DNA of 64,000 nucleotides from the IMG/VR virus record IMGVR_UViG_3300037418_002332. One strand, written 5' to 3'. A model generated the notes under the pieces. It was not told the DNA's origin and searched no databases. It worked only from the letters and a program-made list of their open reading frames with translations. The DNA is from a virus (taxonomy: Duplodnaviria; Caudoviricetes). A program made the translations under genes and the position numbers. Shown here in pieces: positions 48,803-57,657 of the stretch; within the stretch, counting starts at the first letter, position 1; each line of letters opens with the position of its first letter.

Positions 48803-49502
48803 CAAAGTCAAGAAATTTTTCAAGAACACTTTTCCTGAGGTCAAAATCGATCCTGAAGTTCAATCAATGGTTGATTTGGGATTGATTTCACCAACACAAG
48901 CCTCGAATGTAACGCAGGTTCCGTTTCAAATTCAAAAGATTCAAGTGACTGCTAAATCAAGAACAATGGTTGCTCAATGGAACCATGAACCTGATTTATC
49001 TGATGAATGGTATTCTGAACGATACAATTTAGATTTTAGCGAATGTCCACAATGGAACAAAGAAATTTATGCAACTGTCTACGATCACTTCGCTGATACA
49101 CAAACTTCCATGTATCCTGTAACATTGACTCGTGAGCTTCCACGTGGATCAGGCAAATCAACCTTTTTCAGAAAGTTGATTGAGAATCTCTACGAAGCCA
49201 TGAGAAATGATCCGAAGTTGATGGTGAATAAAGTTGTTTACATTGGAGCAAATACGACTCAATGCAGAGAATTTTGCAAGTATTTTCTGCAAACCCAAAC
49301 TAACAACTTTCATCAAACAGGATTTTTGGTTTGGACTGCAAATTTGGCTCAAGCTTTGGATAATTCAAAGCTTTATCCGGCTGGCAAAAACATTCTCTAT
49401 ATTTTGGATGATGCTCTCGATGATCCAAATAGCTTCACCACTCAATCAATTAAAGACCGTCATGATAAAGTTATGATAGTCAAACTTTACACACCAAGAT
49501 AA
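48789..49502 (+). CDS. chimera: gp23 fragment plus terminase-like P-loop remnant
   Basis: PFQIQKIQVTAKSRTMVAQW; ELPRGSGKST; YILDD. Confidence 0.55.
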   Translation: MKLLDKVKKFFKNTFPEVKIDPEVQSMVDLGLISPTQASNVTQVPFQIQKIQVTAKSRTMVAQWNHEPDLSDEWYSERYNLDFSECPQWNKEIYATVYDHFADTQTSMYPVTLTRELPRGSGKSTFFRKLIENLYEAMRNDPKLMVNKVVYIGANTTQCREFCKYFLQTQTNNFHQTGFLVWTANLAQALDNSKLYPAGKNILYILDDALDDPNSFTTQSIKDRHDKVMIVKLYTPR

Positions 49503-49511
49503 GGAATAGGA

Positions 49512-50468
49512 ATGCACGTAACAATCGTTGAACCAAGACTTGATTTGTCATTCAAAGATCCTGGTCCGGGATTTGTTGTTCCTGACAAAATTGGCGAATT
49601 CACCCATCCAATCAGAGAACATTGGCATAAGTTCACTTTGAAATTGGCTGCAGTCCATACAGCCATGGATGATAAAGTTGTTGTTAATACAATTCCTGGT
49701 TGGGAAATAACAATGGCTGCTATGTCAGTTTTGTCTGCAACGACTGACATATTGTATTTGCCCCATCGTCAAAGATTTGAATTTCCAATTCCTAATGCAA
49801 GATTTTATATGCAAACTGTGTTTCCTGAATATTTCACTATCGATGATAATGGTTGGGGAGCATATCTTTCTTATTTGCCAATCAATGTTGATGATGTTCA
49901 ACCAAATGAAGTTTTGTGGCAAAAGCTTCAAAAGCGCATCACAAACAATGAATCCAAATTTGACCAACCAAACTCAAGTATATTATTCAAGCATAATTTG
50001 AACTCAATGGCAGGAAACTTTTTACTGTTTGTTTGCCAAATTCCACACGATCAAGTCATCATTCAAAGCTCAGCGGTTTCAGTCGCAACAGCATTGAGAG
50101 AAACTATCAATTATGCCAGATATAACGGTTACAAAGTGGTCGTAAAAGGTCATCCAGTTAATCCTGGCGCTATGAGTGAATTGAAAGCAATCACTTTTGA
50201 TAACAAGGATATAGCCACATGGGTTGATACAGGATTATCAATTCATACTCTTCTTAGTCACTGTAAAGCAGCATTCATGGTCAATTCCGGTGTAGGATTT
50301 GAAGCCATGCTTCATGGTAAACCTATCGTTACTTTTGGCAATTCTGAATATAAAGAATATGTCAATCAATGGTCAGGCTTTAGCACTCCGCTAAATATGG
50401 ACTACGATAAGTACAAAAGATTCATGACGGCATTCTTCAATAAGCTGTTCTACACCGGAGAGACTTAA
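49512..50468 (+). CDS. capsular polysaccharide export/biosynthesis (KpsS/KpsC-like) GT-B protein
   Basis: CQIPHD, VVKGHP, SIHTLL, VNSGVGFEAMLHGKPIVTFG. Confidence 0.75.
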   Translation: MHVTIVEPRLDLSFKDPGPGFVVPDKIGEFTHPIREHWHKFTLKLAAVHTAMDDKVVVNTIPGWEITMAAMSVLSATTDILYLPHRQRFEFPIPNARFYMQTVFPEYFTIDDNGWGAYLSYLPINVDDVQPNEVLWQKLQKRITNNESKFDQPNSSILFKHNLNSMAGNFLLFVCQIPHDQVIIQSSAVSVATALRETINYARYNGYKVVVKGHPVNPGAMSELKAITFDNKDIATWVDTGLSIHTLLSHCKAAFMVNSGVGFEAMLHGKPIVTFGNSEYKEYVNQWSGFSTPLNMDYDKYKRFMTAFFNKLFYTGET

Positions 50469-51907
50469 TGGCAGATTTCTCAACTATTCTTCCCATCGTA
50501 TTGGTATGGGAAGGAACAACCTACACTGACGATCCAGCTGATAATGGTGGTGCCACAAGATATGGCATCACACAAGGAACATTGTCAAACTATCTTGGTC
50601 GTCAAGCATCCAAAGACGAAGTTCGTAATCTCAAGATGGACGTTGTACAAGCGATCTATCGCAAAAAATATTGGGATGTGATCAATGGTGATAAACTCGG
50701 TAACGGATTATCATTGATGTTGCTTGATGCAGCTATCAATCACGGAACCTCAAAAGCAATTCAATTTCTTCAACAAGCATTGAAAATTACAATTGACGGT
50801 GGGTTTGGACCAAAAACACTTCAAGCTGTTAACGATGCTCCAAGCCAATACAATTTGATTTTGTCAATTTCAAATCTCAGACGTGCTCGTTATCAAAGCC
50901 TTGATGATTTCCCTAGATTTGGTAAAGGCTGGTTGAATCGTCTGAATGACATCACTAACAAAGCTTTGGCATATGAAAACAAATATGTTGTCAAAAAGCC
51001 CGAAGTTGTAATTCCGGCCGATCCAGTTCCTGCTACTGCACCTGTTCCTGCTGCGCCAGTTTCCAACTCAGTTCCAAACATTCCTGACGTTGACTCAACG
51101 TTGTCAAATGAAACAATTCAAAAGCTTTTGACGAGCCAATCACTTTACAGTGGTGCTATTGATGGTTTGATTGGTCCAAAAACCATGTCCTCAATCAATC
51201 TTTTGCTTGCACAAGAAGTTGGTGGTCAAACTGCTGCTTGGTCAAATGATCGTAAGAAAGTTGCAGTTGGTCAAGTTTTCGCTAAGAAAAACAATATTGA
51301 AGTTGGAACTGTCGATGGTCTAGTTGGACCGCAAACTCGACAAGCTTTCAAGGAACTCAACTATCTTGTATTGACTGGTAAAGAACTCCCAAAATGGCGT
51401 GACGTCATCACAAAGCCAGATGTGATCAGCAAAGAAGCAGTCAATGATTGGCCTTTGCAGAAAGACGTCGAAAAATTTTATGGCAAGGTTGGTGAAAACC
51501 AAGCAACCTTGATTACTCCATATAAGATGAAGCTTGCTTGGGATACATCAACAGTTGTATCCAAATTTTCTTGTCATGAAAAAGTCCACGATTCATTGGC
51601 CAGAATTTTCCAAAAAACTTTGGATGAATACGGTGAAGCGAAGATTGCCGACCTCAAACTTGACTATTTTGGTGGTTGCTTGAATATCCGTAAGATGCGT
51701 GGTGGTTCATCTTGGTCAATGCACTCATGGGGCATCGCGGTTGATTTGGACCCTGAACGAAACCAACTTGAAATGCATAAGGATGTAGCGACCTTTGCTA
51801 AGGCAGATTACGTTCCTTTCTGGAGAATTGTTGAAAGTGAAGGATGGGTAAGTCTTGGGCGATCTCGAGATTATGACTGGATGCATTTCCAAGCCGCTCG
51901 ACTATAA
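50468..51907 (+). CDS. modular endolysin: GH108 plus PG-binding plus M15 peptidase
   Basis: EGTTYTDDPADNGGATRYGIT; DGGFGPKT/DGLIGPKT/DGLVGPQT; RKMRGGSSWSMHSWGIAVD...DWMHFQ. Confidence 0.88.
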   Translation: MADFSTILPIVLVWEGTTYTDDPADNGGATRYGITQGTLSNYLGRQASKDEVRNLKMDVVQAIYRKKYWDVINGDKLGNGLSLMLLDAAINHGTSKAIQFLQQALKITIDGGFGPKTLQAVNDAPSQYNLILSISNLRRARYQSLDDFPRFGKGWLNRLNDITNKALAYENKYVVKKPEVVIPADPVPATAPVPAAPVSNSVPNIPDVDSTLSNETIQKLLTSQSLYSGAIDGLIGPKTMSSINLLLAQEVGGQTAAWSNDRKKVAVGQVFAKKNNIEVGTVDGLVGPQTRQAFKELNYLVLTGKELPKWRDVITKPDVISKEAVNDWPLQKDVEKFYGKVGENQATLITPYKMKLAWDTSTVVSKFSCHEKVHDSLARIFQKTLDEYGEAKIADLKLDYFGGCLNIRKMRGGSSWSMHSWGIAVDLDPERNQLEMHKDVATFAKADYVPFWRIVESEGWVSLGRSRDYDWMHFQAARL

Positions 51908-51922
51908 GGAATTAAACGTTCT

Positions 51923-52330
51923 GTGAAATTCACTGGAATATTAGAGAAATTCATAGATGATGAAATTTTGATTGAGGAATTGAATATCAGAGGATACGGA
52001 AAATCCTCTGATCCAGTGATTCAATATCTTATTACCAATCACATTATGTTTCTATCAAGCGTGAGAAGTTTGAATGAGGTTAAATTAAAGCTTGACTTTT
52101 ATCGCCTGATGGAGCATTATTCAGTACGCATGCTATTGGGAGAAGATGATCAATTTTACGAATTGGTCGATGTAATCTCCGATGGCACCTGCACATTATA
52201 TTTTCAAAATTCAAAGCAAAAATTTTGGTATGGATTAAAGAAAACCCGATCTATCACTCTTCGTTGTGACAGTAAAGTTCATTTGATTGATTTTGTTGGA
52301 TGGAAAGGCATTTTTGGGGATGGCGTATAA
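51923..52330 (+). CDS. hypothetical protein
   Basis: 135-aa ORF. Confidence 0.5.
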   Translation: MKFTGILEKFIDDEILIEELNIRGYGKSSDPVIQYLITNHIMFLSSVRSLNEVKLKLDFYRLMEHYSVRMLLGEDDQFYELVDVISDGTCTLYFQNSKQKFWYGLKKTRSITLRCDSKVHLIDFVGWKGIFGDGV

Positions 52331-52727
52331 GGTCTATCTAACTAAGCAATTTGATAGATTGATGACAATCTCAGAAATGAGAGACACCGAATTACCATTC
52401 AAATATTGGTTCAATCATAAACTTCTTGCTAGAAATATCTTTCTCGAGGGTTCACCAACATCTTATAGAACTCTTTTCAAATTTGATGCTAATTCACTGT
52501 TAAATCATTACAAAATGCGATATGGTATGACAACAGAAGATATCATGAGACTAAGATCAGTGGATCGCTTTAACCAACACGAAATGGTATTGTTTGATCC
52601 AATTCAACAGCAACAAGAACGATTCACGTATCTTAATCACGCAAAATACATATTCACATTGAGAAATACAGAGCATGGAATAATTGTTCTCGAAGATTGG
52701 AAAATATGGGTGGATTTTGATGAATGA
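52287..52727 (+). CDS. hypothetical protein
   Basis: 146-aa ORF. Confidence 0.5.
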   Translation: MILLDGKAFLGMAYKVYLTKQFDRLMTISEMRDTELPFKYWFNHKLLARNIFLEGSPTSYRTLFKFDANSLLNHYKMRYGMTTEDIMRLRSVDRFNQHEMVLFDPIQQQQERFTYLNHAKYIFTLRNTEHGIIVLEDWKIWVDFDE

Positions 52728-53070
52728 TTATGTTCTTTACAAGTCAATGGACTATGATTTATTCAAATCTTTAGTTGTTGACAGTTATGCTGGAATCCCT
52801 TTTCAATTTTGGAAAGCCAAAGGCGCTGTAACCACTTATCTTGATGGAAAATATAATTCAATTTCAATTTATCTTGACGTCTCAAAATTTGAGATGATCT
52901 ATGGATATTTCTACTATTATCCAGAGACTGTTGAAAATCGACTCCCAATATTAAATTGGGAACCAATGGTTGATGAAGACCGTTTATATAATCTATACAT
53001 AGAAGACAGTCATGATAATATCATGTTTCATGAATGGAAAGTTAGACACGCAAAGGCAAATAGCAATTGA
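52684..53070 (+). CDS. hypothetical protein
   Basis: 128-aa ORF. Confidence 0.5.
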   Translation: MFSKIGKYGWILMNDYVLYKSMDYDLFKSLVVDSYAGIPFQFWKAKGAVTTYLDGKYNSISIYLDVSKFEMIYGYFYYYPETVENRLPILNWEPMVDEDRLYNLYIEDSHDNIMFHEWKVRHAKANSN

Positions 53071-53273
53071 CAAAACAATACATGAAAGAACCATCAGACA
53101 TTGCTTTGGAACGTGCAATGTATCTGATTTCCAGAGGATACGTTCCTGCTGACACCAACGTTGAAGAATTGGCCGAACAGATTCAAACCACATTGGAAAA
53201 AAACTCGGACAACCCGCAGAAACAGGTCACAAACGATATCAATACAGTTTATATTGATCGCACAGGAAGATAA
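53067..53273 (+). CDS. hypothetical protein
   Basis: 68-aa ORF. Confidence 0.5.
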   Translation: MTKQYMKEPSDIALERAMYLISRGYVPADTNVEELAEQIQTTLEKNSDNPQKQVTNDINTVYIDRTGR

Positions 53274-53331
53274 TGCTTTACGAAGCGATTGAGTTAAGGT
53301 AAATTGTAATCCTTAACGAGGAAACTGAGGT

Positions 53332-53568
53332 TTGGGAATGCTGGAATTCACTATTGCTCAATACGCATCAAATCTTTTCTATCAGTCGCAGTCAGTTTTT
53401 TATGTCGATCTGTTGAACCGTGAATTTGAAATCATCGGAATTCGGCCATGGGGTGCTGATTATGAGCTCACCATGATGAATGAATATGATGAGGTCGTTC
53501 ATCGCGTTCTTGGCGATCATGAAATGCTATTCGTTGATCTCGAACTGGAGACCGCAGATGATCTATGA
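53332..53568 (+). CDS. hypothetical protein
   Basis: 78-aa ORF after putative promoter. Confidence 0.5.
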   Translation: MGMLEFTIAQYASNLFYQSQSVFYVDLLNREFEIIGIRPWGADYELTMMNEYDEVVHRVLGDHEMLFVDLELETADDL

Positions 53569-54796
53569 AATCTTCGAACGACTTCTCGCTGATAACGGTC
53601 GCTTGGCCAAGGAAGCAGTGCTTCGCAGTGAAGTCAACAACGAAGTTTTGAAGCGAGTTTTCACGCTTGCTTTGAATCCCTACATTCGCTTTCATGTTCG
53701 CAAAATTCCTTACACATTTCTCGGACATGGAACAATCACGTTGGAACAGGCTATGGACGAACTGTCTAAGCTTTCCGGTCGTGAAATCACCGGCAACGCT
53801 GCCGTCGCATTTTTGGAAAATTTGTTCAATGAACTGACTGAAGACGACGCAAAGGTTCTTCAGAAAATCGTAGAAAAAGATTTGAAGTGCGGTGTTTCCA
53901 CAGCAACCGTCAACAAAATTTGGCCAAAGCTGATTCCCGAGTTTGAAATTCAGCTGGCACTTCCATATGAATCCAAGAAGCGTCCGGCACGTTTTGCTCT
54001 CGAACCAAAGATCGACGGCATGCGTGTTTTTGTAATGAACGAAGGCTCAGTCTTCTCTTTCATGACTCGTGGTGGTCGCGAACTTGAAACTCTCGATCAC
54101 ATGATTCCTGAAATCAACCGGCTGATGAATGATCGTACAGATTACTTCATCGACACGGAAGTTATCGCAGGCACTGGTGTTGAAGATACAACCAGTGCTG
54201 TGAAGCGCAAAGGCAAGGCCAAAGGCAATCCAAAGTTGGTTGTGTTTGATATTGGTACGATGGAAGAATTTCATACCAAAAAATCATTTAAGACCTATGA
54301 TGAACGCCGCGCTGAATTGGTAGAGTTGTTTTCGAAACATGAAGCCAAAGATTTGGTTTTGAATGATTCCATTCCGTGGGATGGCGAAGACGATCCAGAA
54401 AAATTCATCACAGACAAGTTCAACGAATGGCGCGCGCAGAAAATTGAGGGTGCTATCGTGAAGGATCGTGACTCACTTTATGAGTTCGACCGCACTGAAG
54501 CTTGGATGAAAGTCAAGCCATTAGATCATACGGATGTCGTGATCACTGGATATTATCCCGGCAAGAAAGGCACTCGTAACGAACATCGCCTTGGCGGTTT
54601 TACGTTTGAAATTGATGGTGTTGAAAGTCGTGTTGGTGGTGGCTTTAGTGATAAGCAGCGCGATGAGTTCTGGGCTATCAAAGACGAAATGATTGGAACT
54701 ACGATCGAAATTGAATTCATGGAACCAACCGCAAAGGGCGCAACTCGTCATTGCAACTTTATCATGGTTCGGTCATATAAGGGTGAACGGACATAA
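53558..54796 (+). CDS. gp30: ATP-dependent DNA ligase gp30
   Basis: KDLKCGVS, EPKIDGMR (KxDG), EGAIVK, WMKVK, VGGGFSD. Confidence 0.95.
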   Translation: MIYEIFERLLADNGRLAKEAVLRSEVNNEVLKRVFTLALNPYIRFHVRKIPYTFLGHGTITLEQAMDELSKLSGREITGNAAVAFLENLFNELTEDDAKVLQKIVEKDLKCGVSTATVNKIWPKLIPEFEIQLALPYESKKRPARFALEPKIDGMRVFVMNEGSVFSFMTRGGRELETLDHMIPEINRLMNDRTDYFIDTEVIAGTGVEDTTSAVKRKGKAKGNPKLVVFDIGTMEEFHTKKSFKTYDERRAELVELFSKHEAKDLVLNDSIPWDGEDDPEKFITDKFNEWRAQKIEGAIVKDRDSLYEFDRTEAWMKVKPLDHTDVVITGYYPGKKGTRNEHRLGGFTFEIDGVESRVGGGFSDKQRDEFWAIKDEMIGTTIEIEFMEPTAKGATRHCNFIMVRSYKGERT

Positions 54797-55566
54797 TGGG
54801 TGACGAAATAGAAGACGAGTTCGAGGATAAACTTCTAAATGTTTTGGACATTGAAGTTGATAACTGGTGGGAACCTGCTGGACTAACCAAAGGCAAACTC
54901 AATGGTTTGTATGGTACTGCTGGAACAGGCAAATCCACTCTAGTTTATCAACATATGATACAAGCATTGAAATCTGTGGCTGCTCAAGTTTCGGCAGTTA
55001 CGACCAACGGAACAACCGTTATGTATGGATACAACGACGAAGACATTCGTGATGAACCAAACGAAATTACATATGGTGATTTCGGTATTGGACATCTTCC
55101 GAAATACCAACGAACATTGATTCGTAGAATTTTCTCAAAGCTTGGTGGAACAGCAATTCCAAAAGATTTGAAAATTTTCTTGAACACCGTTGAAGAACAT
55201 GATTTGATTATGTCAATCGTAAATAACATGGTTGACGTATTGCCACAAAAATCTCTGTTCTTCAACTACGATATTGATATGAATAAAACGCTTATCGGTA
55301 AGAGATCAACGGGTTCCAGGGAACTTAATTTTCTTCACATTCCAACTAAACATATGGTTGATCTGACTGATAAGGCTGACTTTTTTAGCGATCATAATCT
55401 ATCCTTCTCCTCAGTGGTGAAGGCTCGAACAGAACCATGTGCGGAATATCCTTTTCCGATTATTCTAACAGTGATTCATAAAGAAAAATTGAATCGTATC
55501 AAGCCTTGGCTTCGATGGCTTGTCGAACAACGTTACGATCCGATAACGATTGTTTTGACAGACTAG
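54796..55566 (+). CDS. protein with RecA/DnaB-like Walker A fragment
   Basis: GLTKGKLNGLYGTAGTGKSTL; remainder unrecognised. Confidence 0.5.
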   Translation: MGDEIEDEFEDKLLNVLDIEVDNWWEPAGLTKGKLNGLYGTAGTGKSTLVYQHMIQALKSVAAQVSAVTTNGTTVMYGYNDEDIRDEPNEITYGDFGIGHLPKYQRTLIRRIFSKLGGTAIPKDLKIFLNTVEEHDLIMSIVNNMVDVLPQKSLFFNYDIDMNKTLIGKRSTGSRELNFLHIPTKHMVDLTDKADFFSDHNLSFSSVVKARTEPCAEYPFPIILTVIHKEKLNRIKPWLRWLVEQRYDPITIVLTD

Positions 55567-55653
55567 AAGAAAATGCTTTACGACAATCAAAAAACAATAT
55601 ATAAATGAATTGTAAGTTAGATAACAATCCTGGATTTACCAAAGGAGATTAAA

Positions 55654-55809
55654 ATGCAGGGTTCTGTTGCTGTTGTGAAGACGGTGAAGACCAAAATGCG
55701 TGATTATCGCGACAACGATAAGAAGCGCGATCGTGATTCATTCAAGAAGCACCGCAAGGGTCAGCTTCGTGATAAGAGGCGTTTCGACTTTGACGATGAC
55801 AAAGACTAA
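55654..55809 (+). CDS. 51-aa highly charged protein (not in ORF track)
   Basis: AAGGAG SD; MQGSVAVVKTVKTKMRDYRD... Confidence 0.55.
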   Translation: MQGSVAVVKTVKTKMRDYRDNDKKRDRDSFKKHRKGQLRDKRRFDFDDDKD

Positions 55810-55812
55810 TTA

Positions 55813-55890
55813 GCTCTCGTATCGGCACAGTTTCCTAAACTGTCGCACCGTAATGGACCGATGCGGGTTCGATTCCCGCCGAGAGCTCCA
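55813..55890 (+). ncRNA. tRNA-Arg(CCT)-like RNA lacking a D-arm
   Basis: acceptor gctctcg/cgagagc, anticodon arm acagt-ttCCTaa-actgt, T-arm gcggg-ttcgatt-cccgc, CCA. Confidence 0.7.
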
Positions 55891-55903
55891 ACGGGAGGCA
55901 ATA

Positions 55904-56314
55904 ATGGAAAAATTGTATCGACAAAACGAAAGCATCGTCGCAAAGATTGGCGCAGCATTGTTCAATTACATCAGCGTGTCTGACAAGATTCGCGCTGATT
56001 ATGCTAAGCTTGTTCATGATAAACTTTCCAATAAAAAGAAATTTCTTTTCTTCAAGGCTCACAAGTCTCTTCCTGAGCCATCTTCAATCACCCTTGATAT
56101 GCTGTTGAAAATTGCGGACTGTCCAATGCCACCGCACATTGATCGTTTGCGTCGTATTGGCATCACATTGCACAATTTGCATATCATGGCTCAAAAATCC
56201 ACAAGACTTCCCCAATTTTTGTTTTCAATTACGCAATTAGAAACGGAATTGATTGACAAATGGTCACAAAATACAATCAACAAAGAATCATCATTTTCTC
56301 CATACAATTGGTAG
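55904..56314 (+). CDS. hypothetical protein
   Basis: GGAGG SD, ATG 55904. Confidence 0.6.
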   Translation: MEKLYRQNESIVAKIGAALFNYISVSDKIRADYAKLVHDKLSNKKKFLFFKAHKSLPEPSSITLDMLLKIADCPMPPHIDRLRRIGITLHNLHIMAQKSTRLPQFLFSITQLETELIDKWSQNTINKESSFSPYNW

Positions 56315-56324
56315 AAGAAAGTTC

Positions 56325-56353
56325 TTTACTTTCCAATTCATTTCAGCTATAAT
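56325..56353 (+). promoter_or_regulatory. sigma70-like early promoter
   Basis: TTTACT-N17-TATAAT. Confidence 0.75.
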
Positions 56354-56379
56354 GTATGTATGGTTGAAAGGGAAATAAG

Positions 56380-56595
56380 ATGAAAAAGTTTCGTTCTGAA
56401 CCTAAAGCTGAAGTTTTCGCTGACAAGTGTCGTGAAGTTTCTGAAAACGACAAGTTCGATTTTGTTGTTGTTCCACGATACTTTCATCTGAAGAACAGCC
56501 TTCGGACGAAACGGAGCTTCGTGGTTGAAATCTACAAATTCGGCCACTTCATCGCCTATGCTGATCGTATCGAAAACAACGATGTGAGATATTGA
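56380..56595 (+). CDS. early hypothetical protein
   Basis: directly after early promoter. Confidence 0.6.
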   Translation: MKKFRSEPKAEVFADKCREVSENDKFDFVVVPRYFHLKNSLRTKRSFVVEIYKFGHFIAYADRIENNDVRY

Positions 56596-56723
56596 GATGA
56601 CCGACCTTGAAGCTGAACTGCTTCGCCTTAAGACGAAGCGTGACCTCGCTCATTTTTCGCTCTCAAACTGCAAAAATTCATCCCATCGTCTGATATTGGA
56701 TAAATCCATTGAAGACCTGACTC

Positions 56724-57050
56724 GTGAAGTGGATCGTTTGGAAGCTTGGAGGGAAGCTGTTACCCATGGTTAAGATGCTCACGGACAAGAATGGTCGAAA
56801 GTTCCAGGAACGGAACTCGATTGTCGATGAGGAAAATCATCGAATTCTGACTGAGGAAGGCTGGAAGTATTGGAAGATCAACTTCTGGGGCCATCGCGTG
56901 TCACCAAATGGTGAACGGCTCCACTGGTTCAATTCTCTTCGCGATGCAGAACTTTTCGTGCTGATCACGGAATATCCTCGCAGCATTGAACGTTTCGCAT
57001 TTCCTTACAATTATACCATCTACGATGGTCAGCTGACGGAGATTTTCTAA
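56724..57050 (+). CDS. hypothetical protein
   Basis: ORF; true start likely downstream (MVKMLTDK). Confidence 0.55.
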   Translation: MKWIVWKLGGKLLPMVKMLTDKNGRKFQERNSIVDEENHRILTEEGWKYWKINFWGHRVSPNGERLHWFNSLRDAELFVLITEYPRSIERFAFPYNYTIYDGQLTEIF

Positions 57051-57451
57051 TGGCTGGGTGGACAAAGTCTAAGAACAAGTGGACGTTTCATTCAATTGTC
57101 AATGACGGAACTGAAGTTAGCGCAACGATCACCGCTGTTCCATATGGCATTGAATGGATTGTTCGTGAATTCAATGTCAAAGCAGCCGAAGGATTTATTT
57201 CTTTCGATGATTGTCCTCCAACTGATGATCATGTTGTTGATGAAAAGTGGGCTTGGAACAAGGCAAAACTGAAAGCAGAAGATGCAATTTGCTACATTCC
57301 TGGTCTCCCTCGGATTATGTGGCCTGAGCAGTATTCACTCGGCGCCATCCTCGAGAAGGCTCGTGAAAGACTGCTTGAACGTTGCCGCGAAGCAATTGCA
57401 AACTCGAATTTCGAAATTACCGAATTCAAGGTTCTGAACGGAGACAAGTGA
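57050..57451 (+). CDS. hypothetical protein
   Basis: 133-aa ORF. Confidence 0.55.
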   Translation: MAGWTKSKNKWTFHSIVNDGTEVSATITAVPYGIEWIVREFNVKAAEGFISFDDCPPTDDHVVDEKWAWNKAKLKAEDAICYIPGLPRIMWPEQYSLGAILEKARERLLERCREAIANSNFEITEFKVLNGDK

Positions 57452-57657
57452 TGACCGCTGGTGAAATTTTGAAGTATATTGTCGATAACATGGGTTGGTA
57501 TCTTCTCGCAGCGCCATTTGGTGTTTCGGGTATCTATGCCCTGCTATTGGCGTTTGAAACCGGCTTGCGTCGCGGTTATCGACCCATGGCTGATCGTGTT
57601 GGTCTGGTCTGGGTTGGCTTGTTTCTGCTGTGGATTACTTATTGTATGGTGACTTAA
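57451..57657 (+). CDS. membrane protein
   Basis: two TM segments. Confidence 0.55.
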   Translation: MTAGEILKYIVDNMGWYLLAAPFGVSGIYALLLAFETGLRRGYRPMADRVGLVWVGLFLLWITYCMVT

